A stretch of 64,000 nucleotides of DNA, taken from contig CAWDDT010000006.1 in assembly GCA_963801165.1 (NCBI GenBank), positions 352,001 to 416,000 of the forward strand, in the 5' to 3' direction. Source of the stretch: an uncultured bacterium (GTDB lineage: Bacteria; Actinomycetota; Acidimicrobiia; Spongiisociales; UBA5794). The translations under genes and the position numbers were made by a program. Every line of letters starts with the position of its first letter. The first letter of the stretch is position 1. Under the pieces are notes generated by a model. That model was not told the origin of the DNA. It was given only the letters and a program-made list of their open reading frames with translations, and did not search any database. Positions 9,582 through 22,052 of the stretch are shown here, in pieces.

Positions 9582-10849
9582 AGCGCCTCCAGCGCCTCGA
9601 AGAACTTCGGCCAGGACACCCAGGCGGCATCCGCCCCGGCGATCGTAATCGGGCCCGTCGCCCCGGTCGCCGCTACGGCACCCGCCATCGCAATGCGGTG
9701 ATCGCCGGCCGCATCGACCGTCCCGCCCTCCAGCCACCCGATCCCGAGCACCTCGAACCCGTCGTCGAGCTCACGGGCACCACCACCGAGGCCGTTGATC
9801 ATCCCTACGGTTGTGGCGATGCGGTTGGTCTCTTTCGCTCGCAGCTCGGCAGCCTCGGTCACCCTGGTGATCCCTTCGGCATAAGAGGCGACCACCGCCA
9901 CCAACGGCAGCTCGTCGAGCGATGCGGCGACCAGCGCCCCGCTCACCTCGGTGCCCCGCAGGCCGTTTCCCTGCACCGACACCGTTCCTACGGGGTCGCC
10001 CAAGACGGCTCCGGTCACCTGCCCGCCGACCGTGGCACCCATGGCCTCGAGAATCTGAAGAAACCCGATCCGGCCCGGATTGAGCGAGATCTGCGGGGTG
10101 ACCACCTGCGCACCCGGAATGATCGCCGCACTCGCCCACAGAAACGCCGCAGACGACGGGTCGCCGGGGATGACGTAGTGGTAGGCCGGGACGGCTCCGG
10201 GATAGATCCGGAAGGTGTTGCCTTCTTCCTTCTTTCCCAGCCCCATCGCCTCCAACCACCGTTCGGTGTGGTCCCGGTACCCGGGAGGGCTGGTGATGGT
10301 GGATTCCCCACCAGCGCGCACTGCACCGAGCGAGAAGGCGGTGCGAACCTGGGCCGATGCCATCGGGATCTCGATATCGCATGCCGTCGGCGGTGTCGCC
10401 CCTGTGATCGTCACCGGCGCCGTCCCCTCATCCGACAGCTCGACGGTAGCGCCCAACGCCTCGAGCGGCGCTACGAGACGCCGCATCGGACGGCGCAGCA
10501 GCGACTCGTCGCCGATCAGCGTCGCCGTTATCGGCGAGCCACTCAGCGCACCCGCCATCAGCCGCATCGTGGTCCCCGAATTGCCGCAATCGAGAGGAGC
10601 GCCCGGCTCGATCCAGCCGTCGATGCCCGGTGACGAGATCCGTTCCCCGTCGACTTCAACCCCGAGAGTCGTCACGACATCGAGTGTCGACTGCACGTCC
10701 TTGCCTGTTGCCAGGCGCTCGACGGTGCTCGTTCCCTCTGCCATCGCCGCCAGGATGATCGAGCGGTGCGACAGCGACTTGTCCCCCGGCACCTCGATGG
10801 CGGCTGCAAACGGCTCCCCGGGCCCTTCGACTGTCACCGACTCGCTCAC
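9566..10849 (-). CDS. aroA: 3-phosphoshikimate 1-carboxyvinyltransferase
   Basis: PGDKSLSHR, DCGNSGTTMRL, RDHTE, ELRAKETNRI, DHRIAMA; GTG overlaps rluB stop. Confidence 0.96.
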   Translation of the reverse strand: MSESVTVEGPGEPFAAAIEVPGDKSLSHRSIILAAMAEGTSTVERLATGKDVQSTLDVVTTLGVEVDGERISSPGIDGWIEPGAPLDCGNSGTTMRLMAGALSGSPITATLIGDESLLRRPMRRLVAPLEALGATVELSDEGTAPVTITGATPPTACDIEIPMASAQVRTAFSLGAVRAGGESTITSPPGYRDHTERWLEAMGLGKKEEGNTFRIYPGAVPAYHYVIPGDPSSAAFLWASAAIIPGAQVVTPQISLNPGRIGFLQILEAMGATVGGQVTGAVLGDPVGTVSVQGNGLRGTEVSGALVAASLDELPLVAVVASYAEGITRVTEAAELRAKETNRIATTVGMINGLGGGARELDDGFEVLGIGWLEGGTVDAAGDHRIAMAGAVAATGATGPITIAGADAAWVSWPKFFEALEALWSSR

Positions 10850-11601
10850 TCGTCTTGCTCCATCATGGTCGGGGCATCTTGCCACGTCGCTCCGGCGGCG
10901 GCGTACAGCGACCGCACTTCCTCAACGGTGAGATAACGCCACAAGCCCGGCTTCAGCGTGGCATCGGAGACCGGCCCGATGCCTACTCGCACCAGGCCGT
11001 GCACCTCGTGCCCGAGGGCATCCAGCATCCGGCGCACCTCGCGCTTCCTCCCCTCAGCCATCACCACCTCGAGCTGCGATCGGTCACGGTGGCTAGAGAT
11101 GACCCGGGCGCGCACCGCCCGGGCGACCCCGTCATCGAGCTCCACCCCGGCGACGAGCTGCCGCAACACACCACGGCCCGGCGTCCCCGCAACCAGGGCG
11201 ACGTAGGTCTTCTCAACTTCGTAGCGGGGATGAGTGACCAGGTTGGCCAGTGTCCCGTCGTTCGTCATCAGCAGCAGACCGGAAGAGCCGGCGTCGAGCC
11301 TGCCCACCGGGTACAGCCGGTGCTCGCCCGGCACCAGATCGACAACGGTGGCCCGCCCCTGTGGGTCATGCGCTGTGCTGATGACCCCCTCCGGCTTGTT
11401 CAGTAGCACATAGACGAGGCCGGTCTTGGTCGGGAGTGGCACACCATCGATGGTCACAACGGCCACCGCGGGGTCCGCCCGATCACCGAGCCGGGCGACA
11501 CGGCCGTCGATACTCACACGCCCTTCCCGTATCAGCTCCTCGGCGCCCCGCCGGGACATCAAGCCGGTGTGGGCGATCAGCTTCTGCAGCCGGTCGATCA
11601 T
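10846..11601 (-). CDS. rluB: rRNA pseudouridine synthase (S4 + RsuA/RluB)
   Basis: RLQKLIA...SRRGAEELI S4, YPVGRLD, EGRKREVRRM. Confidence 0.92.
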   Translation of the reverse strand: MIDRLQKLIAHTGLMSRRGAEELIREGRVSIDGRVARLGDRADPAVAVVTIDGVPLPTKTGLVYVLLNKPEGVISTAHDPQGRATVVDLVPGEHRLYPVGRLDAGSSGLLLMTNDGTLANLVTHPRYEVEKTYVALVAGTPGRGVLRQLVAGVELDDGVARAVRARVISSHRDRSQLEVVMAEGRKREVRRMLDALGHEVHGLVRVGIGPVSDATLKPGLWRYLTVEEVRSLYAAAGATWQDAPTMMEQDE

Positions 11602-12167
11602 TCCTGCGGCCGGAACGGGCGCTCCAGCACGTCGACCACATCGGCGGGCGGCACGTGATCGGCCAGCGGGGGTAGCTCGCCGAGGCCGCGCACTCCGAGC
11701 TTCTCGAGAAACAGATCTGTGGTGCCGAACAGCATCGCCTGACCTGGACCCGGTGCGGTACCGACGTCGGCGATCAGGCCACGCCGTTCCAGGGTGCGCA
11801 ACGCCCGCTCCGAGTCGACGCCCCTTATCTCCGACACCTGACCGCGTGACACGGGTTGCCTGTACGCCACAACCGCCAGGGTCTCCAACGCGGCCTTGGA
11901 CAAACTCGTAACGCGATCGGTGGCGGCAAACCGCTCCAGATACGGGCGGGCATCGGGGTGGGTGAACAGACGCCACCCGCCCGCGATCTCACGCAGCACC
12001 AGCCCCCGGCCCGACGTCTCCAGATCCTCCCCGTAGGCCGACAGCTCCGCCGCCACGACCGAGTGGGGCTGCTCGACGACTTCGGCAATCTCGGTGGCCG
12101 GGATCGGATCCTCAGCGACAAACAGCATCGCCTCGATCACCGCACGTAGCTCCATCAGTTGCTCCAC
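11598..12167 (-). CDS. scpB: SMC-Scp complex subunit ScpB
   Basis: LSKAALETLAVVAYRQPVSR...IRGV, TTDLFL. Confidence 0.96.
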   Translation of the reverse strand: MEQLMELRAVIEAMLFVAEDPIPATEIAEVVEQPHSVVAAELSAYGEDLETSGRGLVLREIAGGWRLFTHPDARPYLERFAATDRVTSLSKAALETLAVVAYRQPVSRGQVSEIRGVDSERALRTLERRGLIADVGTAPGPGQAMLFGTTDLFLEKLGVRGLGELPPLADHVPPADVVDVLERPFRPQE

Positions 12168-12925
12168 TCGCTCTGTGGCTGGCCCACGTCGAAGCCGGCT
12201 GTGTTCTTGCTCACGACCTGTATGGGCGCATCGCGGTGCTCCTGAGTGACGCTGACTACACCCCAGCGCGCCAGTTCGAGCAGCGCCAGGAAGTAGGCGA
12301 TGACATCCATCGACCGCTCACAGTGCGCAACGAGCTCGTCGAACCCGGTCTCGATCAGCGCCGCCACCCGGATCCGAACATCTGCGATTGCCTCACTCAC
12401 CGAAGGTAGATCTAGATCGAGGTGGTCGAGGTCCGGCTCGTCGCCTGCGACCTCGAACGCCCGCTCGGCGATCTCGTGAAACGCGGCGAGATCGACACCA
12501 AGCCTGACCTCAGGCTGGACGGGCGTGATGTCGGGATCTAGCCCGGCCAGGCGCGGCAGGAACCGGGCGTTGCCCTCGAAGCGGTGCGCCAGCACGGCGG
12601 CGACGTCCTTGAAAGTCAGACACGCCAGCAGACGGGAGAGCAAACGGTCCCGCTCCTCGGCGAGTGCCAGCTCGTCGTCGATGTCGATGGCACGATCGTC
12701 CGGCAGCAGATGGCGCGCCTTGAGCTGGATCAGCGTCGCTGCGATGAGCAGGAACTCGCTCGCCACCTCCATGTCCATCTCCCCCATGACGTCGAGGTGG
12801 TGGAGGTACTCCCCGACCAGGTCGACGAGGCTCAGCTCGGTGATCTCGACCTGATGCGACGTGATCAGCTGCAGCAGCAGATCGAGGGGTCCCTCGAAGA
12901 CCCGCGTCTTTACTTCGTAGCTCAT
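12155..12925 (-). CDS. scpA: Segregation/condensation protein A
   Basis: FEGPLDLLLQLI, FLALLELAR. Confidence 0.96.
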   Translation of the reverse strand: MSYEVKTRVFEGPLDLLLQLITSHQVEITELSLVDLVGEYLHHLDVMGEMDMEVASEFLLIAATLIQLKARHLLPDDRAIDIDDELALAEERDRLLSRLLACLTFKDVAAVLAHRFEGNARFLPRLAGLDPDITPVQPEVRLGVDLAAFHEIAERAFEVAGDEPDLDHLDLDLPSVSEAIADVRIRVAALIETGFDELVAHCERSMDVIAYFLALLELARWGVVSVTQEHRDAPIQVVSKNTAGFDVGQPQSEWSN

Positions 12926-13476
12926 GGCTCCACCTCGGGGGGCATGCTATTACGAAGCGAGCCCGTTTCCGAGGTTTCCGGGGCCGGGCGCCGCGCTCCC
13001 CCGCCTGCGGCGTCGTCTGCGGCCACCAGGACGCTCCACACCCGGTCGTCGCCGGTGCGCCTGCCATCGGCAAAGGCGACGGCCAGCGGCCGCGCTCCTG
13101 CGGCCCTGAGATCGGCCGCTCCCAGCTCACCGTGATCCCTGTACAGCCGCCACCGTTCCGGCATGGGGAGATGGAGGAGAGAGCACACGGTGGCCAGCGA
13201 CCGGGTGACCGCACCGAGCATGCTGTGTGTCTTGCCGACATCGTGCAGCAACGCTGCTGCCACCGCGTCTTCGTTGCCGGGAAGCTCACTGCTCACCCGG
13301 AGCGCGACCTCGTAGGCGTGGCGCTGGTCGATCGGCTGCTGGCGGAAGAAAAGGCCGGCCTCAGCCGGCGTCAGTGCGTCTCTCACCTCATCCTGCTGAC
13401 GTGGACCGAGCGGTTTGCCGGTGACAACACCGAAGAAACGCATTGCCAGGTGCGACCAGTGACGAAGCGGGGTCAT
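12922..13476 (-). CDS. HD-domain metal-dependent phosphohydrolase
   Basis: DQRHAYEV...AALLHDVGK...HGELGA. Confidence 0.8.
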   Translation of the reverse strand: MTPLRHWSHLAMRFFGVVTGKPLGPRQQDEVRDALTPAEAGLFFRQQPIDQRHAYEVALRVSSELPGNEDAVAAALLHDVGKTHSMLGAVTRSLATVCSLLHLPMPERWRLYRDHGELGAADLRAAGARPLAVAFADGRRTGDDRVWSVLVAADDAAGGGARRPAPETSETGSLRNSMPPEVEP

Positions 13477-13485
13477 CGTCCCGGC

Positions 13486-13830
13486 TCAGTGGTTGCGCCG
13501 CGCCTTGCAGTCGATGCAATAGCGAGACGTGGGGCGAAACTCCATGCGGTCGGCGCCGATCTCCTTGCCACAGTTCTTACAGAGACCGTAGGTGCCCTCG
13601 TTGACCCGGGCCATGGCTTGATCGACATCGGCGAGGAGCTCGGTGAGGTTGTCGACGATCCCGAGCACCTCGCTGCGTTCGGCGGTGGCGGCGGCCGCGT
13701 CCGCAAAACCGTCGCCGTACTCGATGTCACCGGTCAACTCACCGGACTCGGTAGCCCCGAGGTCGGCAAGCTGTCGCACGAGCTTCTCGCGCTCTCTGTT
13801 CAAAGCCGCTATCGCGCCATCGTTGTTCAC
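13486..13830 (-). CDS. TraR/DksA C4-type zinc finger protein
   Basis: Coiled coil then GTYGLCKNCGKEI...YCIDC. Confidence 0.92.
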   Translation of the reverse strand: MNNDGAIAALNREREKLVRQLADLGATESGELTGDIEYGDGFADAAAATAERSEVLGIVDNLTELLADVDQAMARVNEGTYGLCKNCGKEIGADRMEFRPTSRYCIDCKARRNH

Positions 13831-13862
13831 GACAAACCTTCCGAACTTCCTGCTCGCCGCCG

Positions 13863-14762
13863 CTACCGGCCGCGTGGATGCGAGGTCACATAAACCTCGA
13901 ACAAGTGCTGAGGGGACACCCTCGTGTATACCTGCGTTGTGGAGATACTAGCGTGACCGAGCAATTCTTGGATTGTTCTCAAGTCGGCGCCGCCTTCGAC
14001 CATATGGGTTGCCGCCGAATGACGCAAGACGTGCGGTGACACGCTCTCCACCGGGATCCGGGCCCTCGCTGCCACCTTCTTGATGATCTGCCACACCGCC
14101 TGGCGGGTGAGCCGGCGTCCCCGGACACTTACGAACACGGCGCCCGGGTCGGTCCCCGAGCCGACCATTCGATGCCGCACCTGGTAGTAGCGCTCGATGG
14201 CCGCAACGGCGAACCCGCCCAGCGGAACGATCCGCTGTTTCGACCCCTTGCCGGTGACAAGAGCCGTAGCTTCCTCTAGGTCCACGTCCATCTGATCGAG
14301 ATCGACCGCCTCCGACACCCTCGCCCCGGTGGCGTAGAGGAACTCGAGCAGCGCGCAGTCTCGCAACGCCAGGTCGGTGTCGCCGGCGGCGGCTTCCAGC
14401 AGAGCCGTCACCTCCTCGACGCTGAGCGCCTTGGGAATGCTGTCCTTGCGCCGGGGTGAGTCGAGCAGCGTCGTAGGATCGGCTTTCACGTAGTCCTCTA
14501 TGACGAGGAACCGGTGCATCCCCCGGACGGAGGCGACCTTGCGGCTCACCGTCGCCTCGGCGGCACCCACGCCGCGCAGCGTGGCGACAAACCCGGTCAC
14601 CAACACGGCGTCGATGTCCTCGACGGCGGTCACCCCCGCACTCGCCAGGAAGTCCCGGTATTGGGTGAGGTCACGGCGATACGCTGCAATGCTGTTGGCA
14701 GCCAAACCCCTCTCCGTGATGAGCGCGGTCAGATACTCCTCAATGGCGGAGTCGAGGTTCAT
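13863..14762 (-). CDS. xerD: Site-specific tyrosine recombinase XerD
   Basis: ERGLAANSIAAYRRDL, LYATGARVSE, SPHVLRHSAATH, LLGHASISTTQVY; core synteny. Confidence 0.95.
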   Translation of the reverse strand: MNLDSAIEEYLTALITERGLAANSIAAYRRDLTQYRDFLASAGVTAVEDIDAVLVTGFVATLRGVGAAEATVSRKVASVRGMHRFLVIEDYVKADPTTLLDSPRRKDSIPKALSVEEVTALLEAAAGDTDLALRDCALLEFLYATGARVSEAVDLDQMDVDLEEATALVTGKGSKQRIVPLGGFAVAAIERYYQVRHRMVGSGTDPGAVFVSVRGRRLTRQAVWQIIKKVAARARIPVESVSPHVLRHSAATHMVEGGADLRTIQELLGHASISTTQVYTRVSPQHLFEVYVTSHPRGR

Positions 14763-14782
14763 GGTTACCCTCGCTTGTGGAT

Positions 14783-17067
<2,285 letters not shown>

Positions 17068-18672
17068 CTATTTCCCGCGCTGTGCCGCGGCCAGCAACTC
17101 GGCTGCGTGGAGCTGCCCCCGCTCGCTGTCGGCGAGACCGCCGAGCATGCGGGACAGCTCGGCGAGACGTTCCTCGCCATCGACTTTGCGCACCGTGGCC
17201 TTGCTCGCAGAGCGCTCGACCACGTAGTGGGCATCGGCGTGAGCGGCCACCTGGGGCAGGTGGGTGACACAGAAGAGCTGTCGGCCCACCCCGAGCGCAG
17301 CCAGCTTCTCCCCCATTGCCAGTGCTGTGGCGCCCCCGATGCCTGCGTCGACCTCGTCAAAGGCAACGAGACCGGCGTCCCCGATGCCTGCGGCGAGACG
17401 GAGTGCCAGCGTGAGCCTGCTCAACTCACCACCCGAGGCAATGCGCGCGGCCGGCCCGGGCGTCAGCGAATCGTCGGAGGCGAACAGGAGCTGGATCTTG
17501 TCGGCGCCGTCCGGTCCCGGCTCGGCGGCGGCGAACTCAAACCGCACCGCCGGTGCCGGCATCCCCAGTTGGCGGAGATGTTCGACGGCGCGCTCCCCCA
17601 GCCGGTCGGCGGCCACACGGCGAGACTCGGTGAGGGAAGCGGCTGCACTCGCAGTGGTCGCGATGGCCTTCTCGAGCTTCACCCCCAACTCGTCTGCCGT
17701 CTCGAGCAGCTCGGTCAGCTCCCCCGCCCGCTGCCCCGCCCGCTCGCCGAAGTCGAGAACCTCGGCCAGGGTCTCGCCGTACTTGCGGCGCAGCTGGTTG
17801 AGAACCCGGATGCGATCCTCGATGGCGTCGAGCTCCCCCGGCTCGTGGTCGAGATCCGCGGCGCGCGACGCCAGGTCCAACCGAAGCTCGCTCAGCTCGT
17901 CACCGAGCGCCCGCACCTGCTCCGCCGACTCGGCGAGGCTTCCGTCGAGACGCGCCAGCCGGGTCAGCTCGGAGATGGCGCTTCCCAGCCTGTCCATGAC
18001 CCCGTCGTCGCCGAGGGCGTCGTTGACAGCTGCCAGGCCCTCCGCCAGATCCTCGGCGTTGCGCAAACGTGCGACGCGGATGGTCAGCTCCTCCTCGTCG
18101 TCGGGCTCGAACCCGGCATCGGTGATCTCCTCGGCCTGGAACCGCACCATCTCGAGCTCCCGCTCCAGCTCGCGTCTCCCCCCACCCAACAGCTCGAGCC
18201 GCTGGCGGATCAGCACCAGCTCGTCCCACGCCAGTCGGTAGGCGTCCTGCCGTTTCGTTCCCGCATCGTCGAGCGCCCCATCAACGAGTCGACGAGCCCC
18301 GCCGGGGCTGGTGAGCAGCATGTGATCGTGCTGACCCACCACCTCTATCGAATCCGTGGTGCGTTCTGCCAGGGCCCGGGCCGGCACCATCGCCCCGTCC
18401 ACGTATGCCTTGGAGCGGCCCTCTGCGGTTACACGCCGGCGCAGCGTGACCTCGTCCTCGCCCATCAGGAACCGGCCGTCGACAACGGCCTCATCGCCAA
18501 ACGGCCCGACCCATTCCCGCCGTCCCGTGGCTCCCATGAGAAGCCGCAAGGCGCCGAGCAGCATCGTCTTGCCGGCACCGGTCTCCCCGGTGACCACGAC
18601 GAGACCTTCCCCCGGCTCGAGGTGGGCGTGCTCGATGATCCCGAGGTTGGCGACGATCAGCTCGTCAAGCAT
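17068..18672 (-). CDS. recN: DNA repair protein RecN
   Basis: TGETGAGKT, ASGGELSR, FDEVDAGIGG, VTHLPQVAA. Confidence 0.97.
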   Translation of the reverse strand: MLDELIVANLGIIEHAHLEPGEGLVVVTGETGAGKTMLLGALRLLMGATGRREWVGPFGDEAVVDGRFLMGEDEVTLRRRVTAEGRSKAYVDGAMVPARALAERTTDSIEVVGQHDHMLLTSPGGARRLVDGALDDAGTKRQDAYRLAWDELVLIRQRLELLGGGRRELERELEMVRFQAEEITDAGFEPDDEEELTIRVARLRNAEDLAEGLAAVNDALGDDGVMDRLGSAISELTRLARLDGSLAESAEQVRALGDELSELRLDLASRAADLDHEPGELDAIEDRIRVLNQLRRKYGETLAEVLDFGERAGQRAGELTELLETADELGVKLEKAIATTASAAASLTESRRVAADRLGERAVEHLRQLGMPAPAVRFEFAAAEPGPDGADKIQLLFASDDSLTPGPAARIASGGELSRLTLALRLAAGIGDAGLVAFDEVDAGIGGATALAMGEKLAALGVGRQLFCVTHLPQVAAHADAHYVVERSASKATVRKVDGEERLAELSRMLGGLADSERGQLHAAELLAAAQRGK

Positions 18673-19480
18673 GATCGAGCCCGAATTGGTGGCGGACCGC
18701 CTGGGGGAACGGGTGGATCCCCATGGTAAGGAAGCTCACATGCTGTTTCCCGGCCCGGACGACGACGCTCTCCCCCTCGTTGAGGACACCGCCCACGTGG
18801 CCATCGACGTTCACCCGTACCTGCCGTTCGGTGGCCACCGTGAAGCGGAACCTCGTGGCCTGGGTGAACACCATCGGACGATTCATCAGGCTGTGCGGCG
18901 CCACAGGGGTCATGATCATCACGTCGATGTCCGGGTCGACGATGGGGCCACCGGCGGACAGCGAGTAAGCCGTCGAGCCGAGCGGGGTGGCGACGATGAG
19001 CCCATCGGCACGGAAAGTGGTGAAGAACTCGTCGTTGACCTCGACGGAGACCCACACCAACCGCTGGCTGAGTACCTTCTCCATGACGATGTCGTTGATG
19101 CCGTGCAGCACCGCGCCATCCGGCATCTCGGCGGCCACGGTCATCCGGTCCTGGGTCCCCAGGTTGCCGGCCGCCAGCCGTTCCAGCATGTCATCGACGT
19201 TGGCGGGCTGCACCTCTGTCAGGTAGCCGACGGTGCCGAGGTTGATGCCGATTACCGGAACCGAGAGGTGGTGAGCCAGATGCGCGGCTCGCATCAGCGT
19301 CCCGTCACCGCCCACCCCGACAATCAGGTCGAGATCGCTCTCCCGGGTGGACGGGTCGCGGGTATCGAACACGGCAAAGCCCATGTCGCGAGCGGCTGCA
19401 CCGAAGCGCGTCACGACATCGGTCACGGCATCGCGCCCGGCCAGGGCGACTATCCCGAGGTTCCTGGGTATGTCACTCAT
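18665..19480 (-). CDS. nadK: NAD(+)/NADH kinase
   Basis: GGDGTLM, DGLIVATPLGSTAYSLSAGGP. Confidence 0.96.
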   Translation of the reverse strand: MSDIPRNLGIVALAGRDAVTDVVTRFGAAARDMGFAVFDTRDPSTRESDLDLIVGVGGDGTLMRAAHLAHHLSVPVIGINLGTVGYLTEVQPANVDDMLERLAAGNLGTQDRMTVAAEMPDGAVLHGINDIVMEKVLSQRLVWVSVEVNDEFFTTFRADGLIVATPLGSTAYSLSAGGPIVDPDIDVMIMTPVAPHSLMNRPMVFTQATRFRFTVATERQVRVNVDGHVGGVLNEGESVVVRAGKQHVSFLTMGIHPFPQAVRHQFGLDHA

Positions 19481-20255
19481 CAGCCAGAACCTTATACGCC
19501 TCCACAGACACTATTGGTGTTCCCTCCCGACGCAGCCACAGCAGCGCCTCCAGGTTGCCCGAGCCACCCGGCAGCGAAGACCGTATCGCCCCCACGGTCA
19601 CCAGACCACAGGCGTCGAAAGCCTCGATGACGTTGCCCATCGCCATACCCCGGGCGGCGGCCCTGCGCACCACACCGTCCTTGCTCAGGTTCTCCCGCCC
19701 GACTTCGAATTGCGGCTTCACCAGGACGACCCAGTCGGCGTCTCCTCCCCCGAGACGCTCCAGGTCCGGGGCGACGATACCGAGCGAGATGAAGGACAGA
19801 TCGACGGTGACGACGTCGAAGGGACCGCCGAGGCGGGCAACGTCGACGTCGCGAACGTTCGTGCCTTCGTGCACCTCGACCCGGGGATCGTCACGGAGCC
19901 GGGGATGCAACTGGTCCCTACCGACATCGAGCGCAACCACCGAGTCGGCACCAGCCTCCAGGAGCACCTGGCTGAAACCGCCCGTCGACGAGCCGACGTC
20001 GACGGCGTGGCGCCCGGACACAACGACTCCGAAATGCTCGAGGGCGGCCGCCAGCTTGTGGGCCCCCCGGCCTACGTAGTCCCCGGTCTCTTCAGCAACG
20101 CTGATCACTGTATCGGCCGTGACCCCGAGCGCGGGCCGGGTCGCCACGGCACCGTCCACCCAGACAAACCCGGCGATGACCGCATTGCGGGCGGCGCTGC
20201 GCGACGGGAAGCAGCAGCGTCGCACCAGCTCCCGATCGAGCCGCATCCGGCTCAT
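19473..20255 (-). CDS. tlyA: TlyA rRNA (cytidine-2'-O)-methyltransferase
   Basis: RLDRELV S4, DVGSSTGGFS, DLSFISL, LVKPQFE. Confidence 0.96.
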   Translation of the reverse strand: MSRMRLDRELVRRCCFPSRSAARNAVIAGFVWVDGAVATRPALGVTADTVISVAEETGDYVGRGAHKLAAALEHFGVVVSGRHAVDVGSSTGGFSQVLLEAGADSVVALDVGRDQLHPRLRDDPRVEVHEGTNVRDVDVARLGGPFDVVTVDLSFISLGIVAPDLERLGGGDADWVVLVKPQFEVGRENLSKDGVVRRAAARGMAMGNVIEAFDACGLVTVGAIRSSLPGGSGNLEALLWLRREGTPIVSVEAYKVLADE

Positions 20256-20467
20256 GTGTCGGTGCTCGCCCCCAGGTCTGCCTGCATCTGCTCGGGCTCC
20301 CGTGGCGCGACCCCGGCCTTTTCGAGGTCGTCCTCCAGCGCTGCGGCATATCGTTCGGCAGCTTGCGGTGCCTGCGCCGGATCGAGGGCACCCAGCTCGG
20401 CGACGGGATCAGACAAATCCTTCGCAGCCGTCCGGTCTTCTTCGTTCACTGATTGCGTATCATCCAT
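20252..20467 (-). CDS. Small acidic hypothetical protein upstream of tlyA
   Basis: Stop overlaps tlyA ATG; occupies the position of Rv1693-type genes. Confidence 0.6.
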   Translation of the reverse strand: MDDTQSVNEEDRTAAKDLSDPVAELGALDPAQAPQAAERYAAALEDDLEKAGVAPREPEQMQADLGASTDT

Positions 20468-20505
20468 TGCAGCATTATCACGCGTCACGACCGGAAGGGC
20501 GGACT

Positions 20506-21249
20506 TTGTTTCCGATCCGAGATCTGAACCCCACCCGGATCTTCCCGGTGATGACCATTGCGTTCATTCTCATCAACGTCGGCGTCTACTTCGTGTGGCA
20601 GCCCCACAACAACGTCAACCAGGAAACCGAGTTCCTGTACCGCAACGCCGCTATCGCCTGCGAGATCACCACGGGAGACCCGCTCAGCGAGATCGAGATC
20701 ACGACCCAGCAGTGCAACAACGACCAGGCATCGCCGGTGTTTCCGGACAAGAACGTGTGGCTGGCGGTGGCAGCTTCGATGTTCCTGCACGGCGGTATCG
20801 CCCATCTCCTGTTCAACATGTGGTTCCTGTGGATCTTCGGGAACAACGTCGAGGAGGCGTACGGGACAGTCGGCTACCTGCTGATGTACCTCGTAGCAGG
20901 GCTCGGCGCCACTGCCGCCTTTGTGCTCGCCAACCCGAACGCAACCGAACCGATGATCGGCGCCTCCGGAGCCATCGCCGGTGTTCTTGGCGCCTACTTC
21001 GTGCTGTTCCCGCGCAATCGCGTCCTCAGCCTGCTCTTCTTCTTCTTCGTCCAGGTCCCTGCCTGGTTGTACCTGGCCCTCTGGTTCGGTCTCCAGTTCG
21101 TCGGCCAGGATCCCGGGGTCGCCTGGGAAGCACACGTCGGCGGGTTCCTGGTTGGGGTCGCGCTCACCCTGGTGCTGCGACCCGTGTTGATAGCACGTGT
21201 CCGCCGTCTCCATCAACCCGTGATCGGGTACAGCACTCCCTACCGCTGA
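20506..21249 (+). CDS. Rhomboid family intramembrane serine protease
   Basis: FPIRDLNP start, MFLHGGIAHLLFNMWFL, GASGA catalytic Ser, AHVGG catalytic His. Confidence 0.93.
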   Translation: MFPIRDLNPTRIFPVMTIAFILINVGVYFVWQPHNNVNQETEFLYRNAAIACEITTGDPLSEIEITTQQCNNDQASPVFPDKNVWLAVAASMFLHGGIAHLLFNMWFLWIFGNNVEEAYGTVGYLLMYLVAGLGATAAFVLANPNATEPMIGASGAIAGVLGAYFVLFPRNRVLSLLFFFFVQVPAWLYLALWFGLQFVGQDPGVAWEAHVGGFLVGVALTLVLRPVLIARVRRLHQPVIGYSTPYR

Positions 21250-21260
21250 CAGACCGGACG

Positions 21261-22052
21261 CTATATACCGAGAACGTCGGGCAACTCGGCGATCGACCCC
21301 ACGACGACGTCGGGCTCGAGGTCGGCCGGAATGCTCGCCGGGTCCGAGATGACCCCCGTCAGCGGGAGCACCGTCGGCCACCCCTCGGCTTTGCCGAGAG
21401 CGATATCGGTTTCGGGCCGGTCACCGACCACCAACCGATGCGTCCCGCCGCGCCGCGAGATTGCCTGGCGCATCGGGGGATGCGGCTTGCCGCACACCAC
21501 GGGCTCACACCCGGTCGTCGTCACCAGTGCCGCCACCAGCGCCCCGGCACCGGGATACAGCCCATCGGGCCGGGGAAACGAGGCGTCGCTGTTGGTGGCA
21601 TAGAAGACCGCGCCGTTCTGGATCGCCAGGCCCGCCTCAGCCAGGTCGTCATAGGTGACGCCGGGATCCAACCCGGCGACGACAGCATCCGCCTCTCTCC
21701 AGTCGAGAGTCACGGCCACGCCTCGCTCCCTGAGGGTGTCGCGCAGCCCGTCGGTGCCCACCACGTAGACCCGGGTCACCACACCGGCTATCAGCTCGGC
21801 AGTGGCCGCACCCGACGTCACGACACCGTCCGGCCCGGCATCAAACCCGACCACGTCGCTCACCAGTTTGCGGACGACGTCTGGTCGCCGGCTCGAGTTG
21901 TTGGTGGCCAGGATGATCTGCACCCCGGCGGCCCGGAGCCGGGACAGCGCATCTGCAGAATCGGGCACAGCCTCACGGCCGAGGAGTATCACCCCGTCGA
22001 TGTCGCAGATAACGGTGTCGATCGGCCCGTACCCGTCCAGCCGCGGCGTCAT
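21261..22052 (-). CDS. HAD-IIA family hydrolase (NagD-like)
   Basis: CDIDGV, ATNNS, CGKP, VGDRPETDI. Confidence 0.93.
   Translation of the reverse strand: MTPRLDGYGPIDTVICDIDGVILLGREAVPDSADALSRLRAAGVQIILATNNSSRRPDVVRKLVSDVVGFDAGPDGVVTSGAATAELIAGVVTRVYVVGTDGLRDTLRERGVAVTLDWREADAVVAGLDPGVTYDDLAEAGLAIQNGAVFYATNSDASFPRPDGLYPGAGALVAALVTTTGCEPVVCGKPHPPMRQAISRRGGTHRLVVGDRPETDIALGKAEGWPTVLPLTGVISDPASIPADLEPDVVVGSIAELPDVLGI

Noticed and set aside
13863-14762. Tyrosine recombinase as phage/island integrase
   Set aside because: XerD motifs in conserved housekeeping synteny
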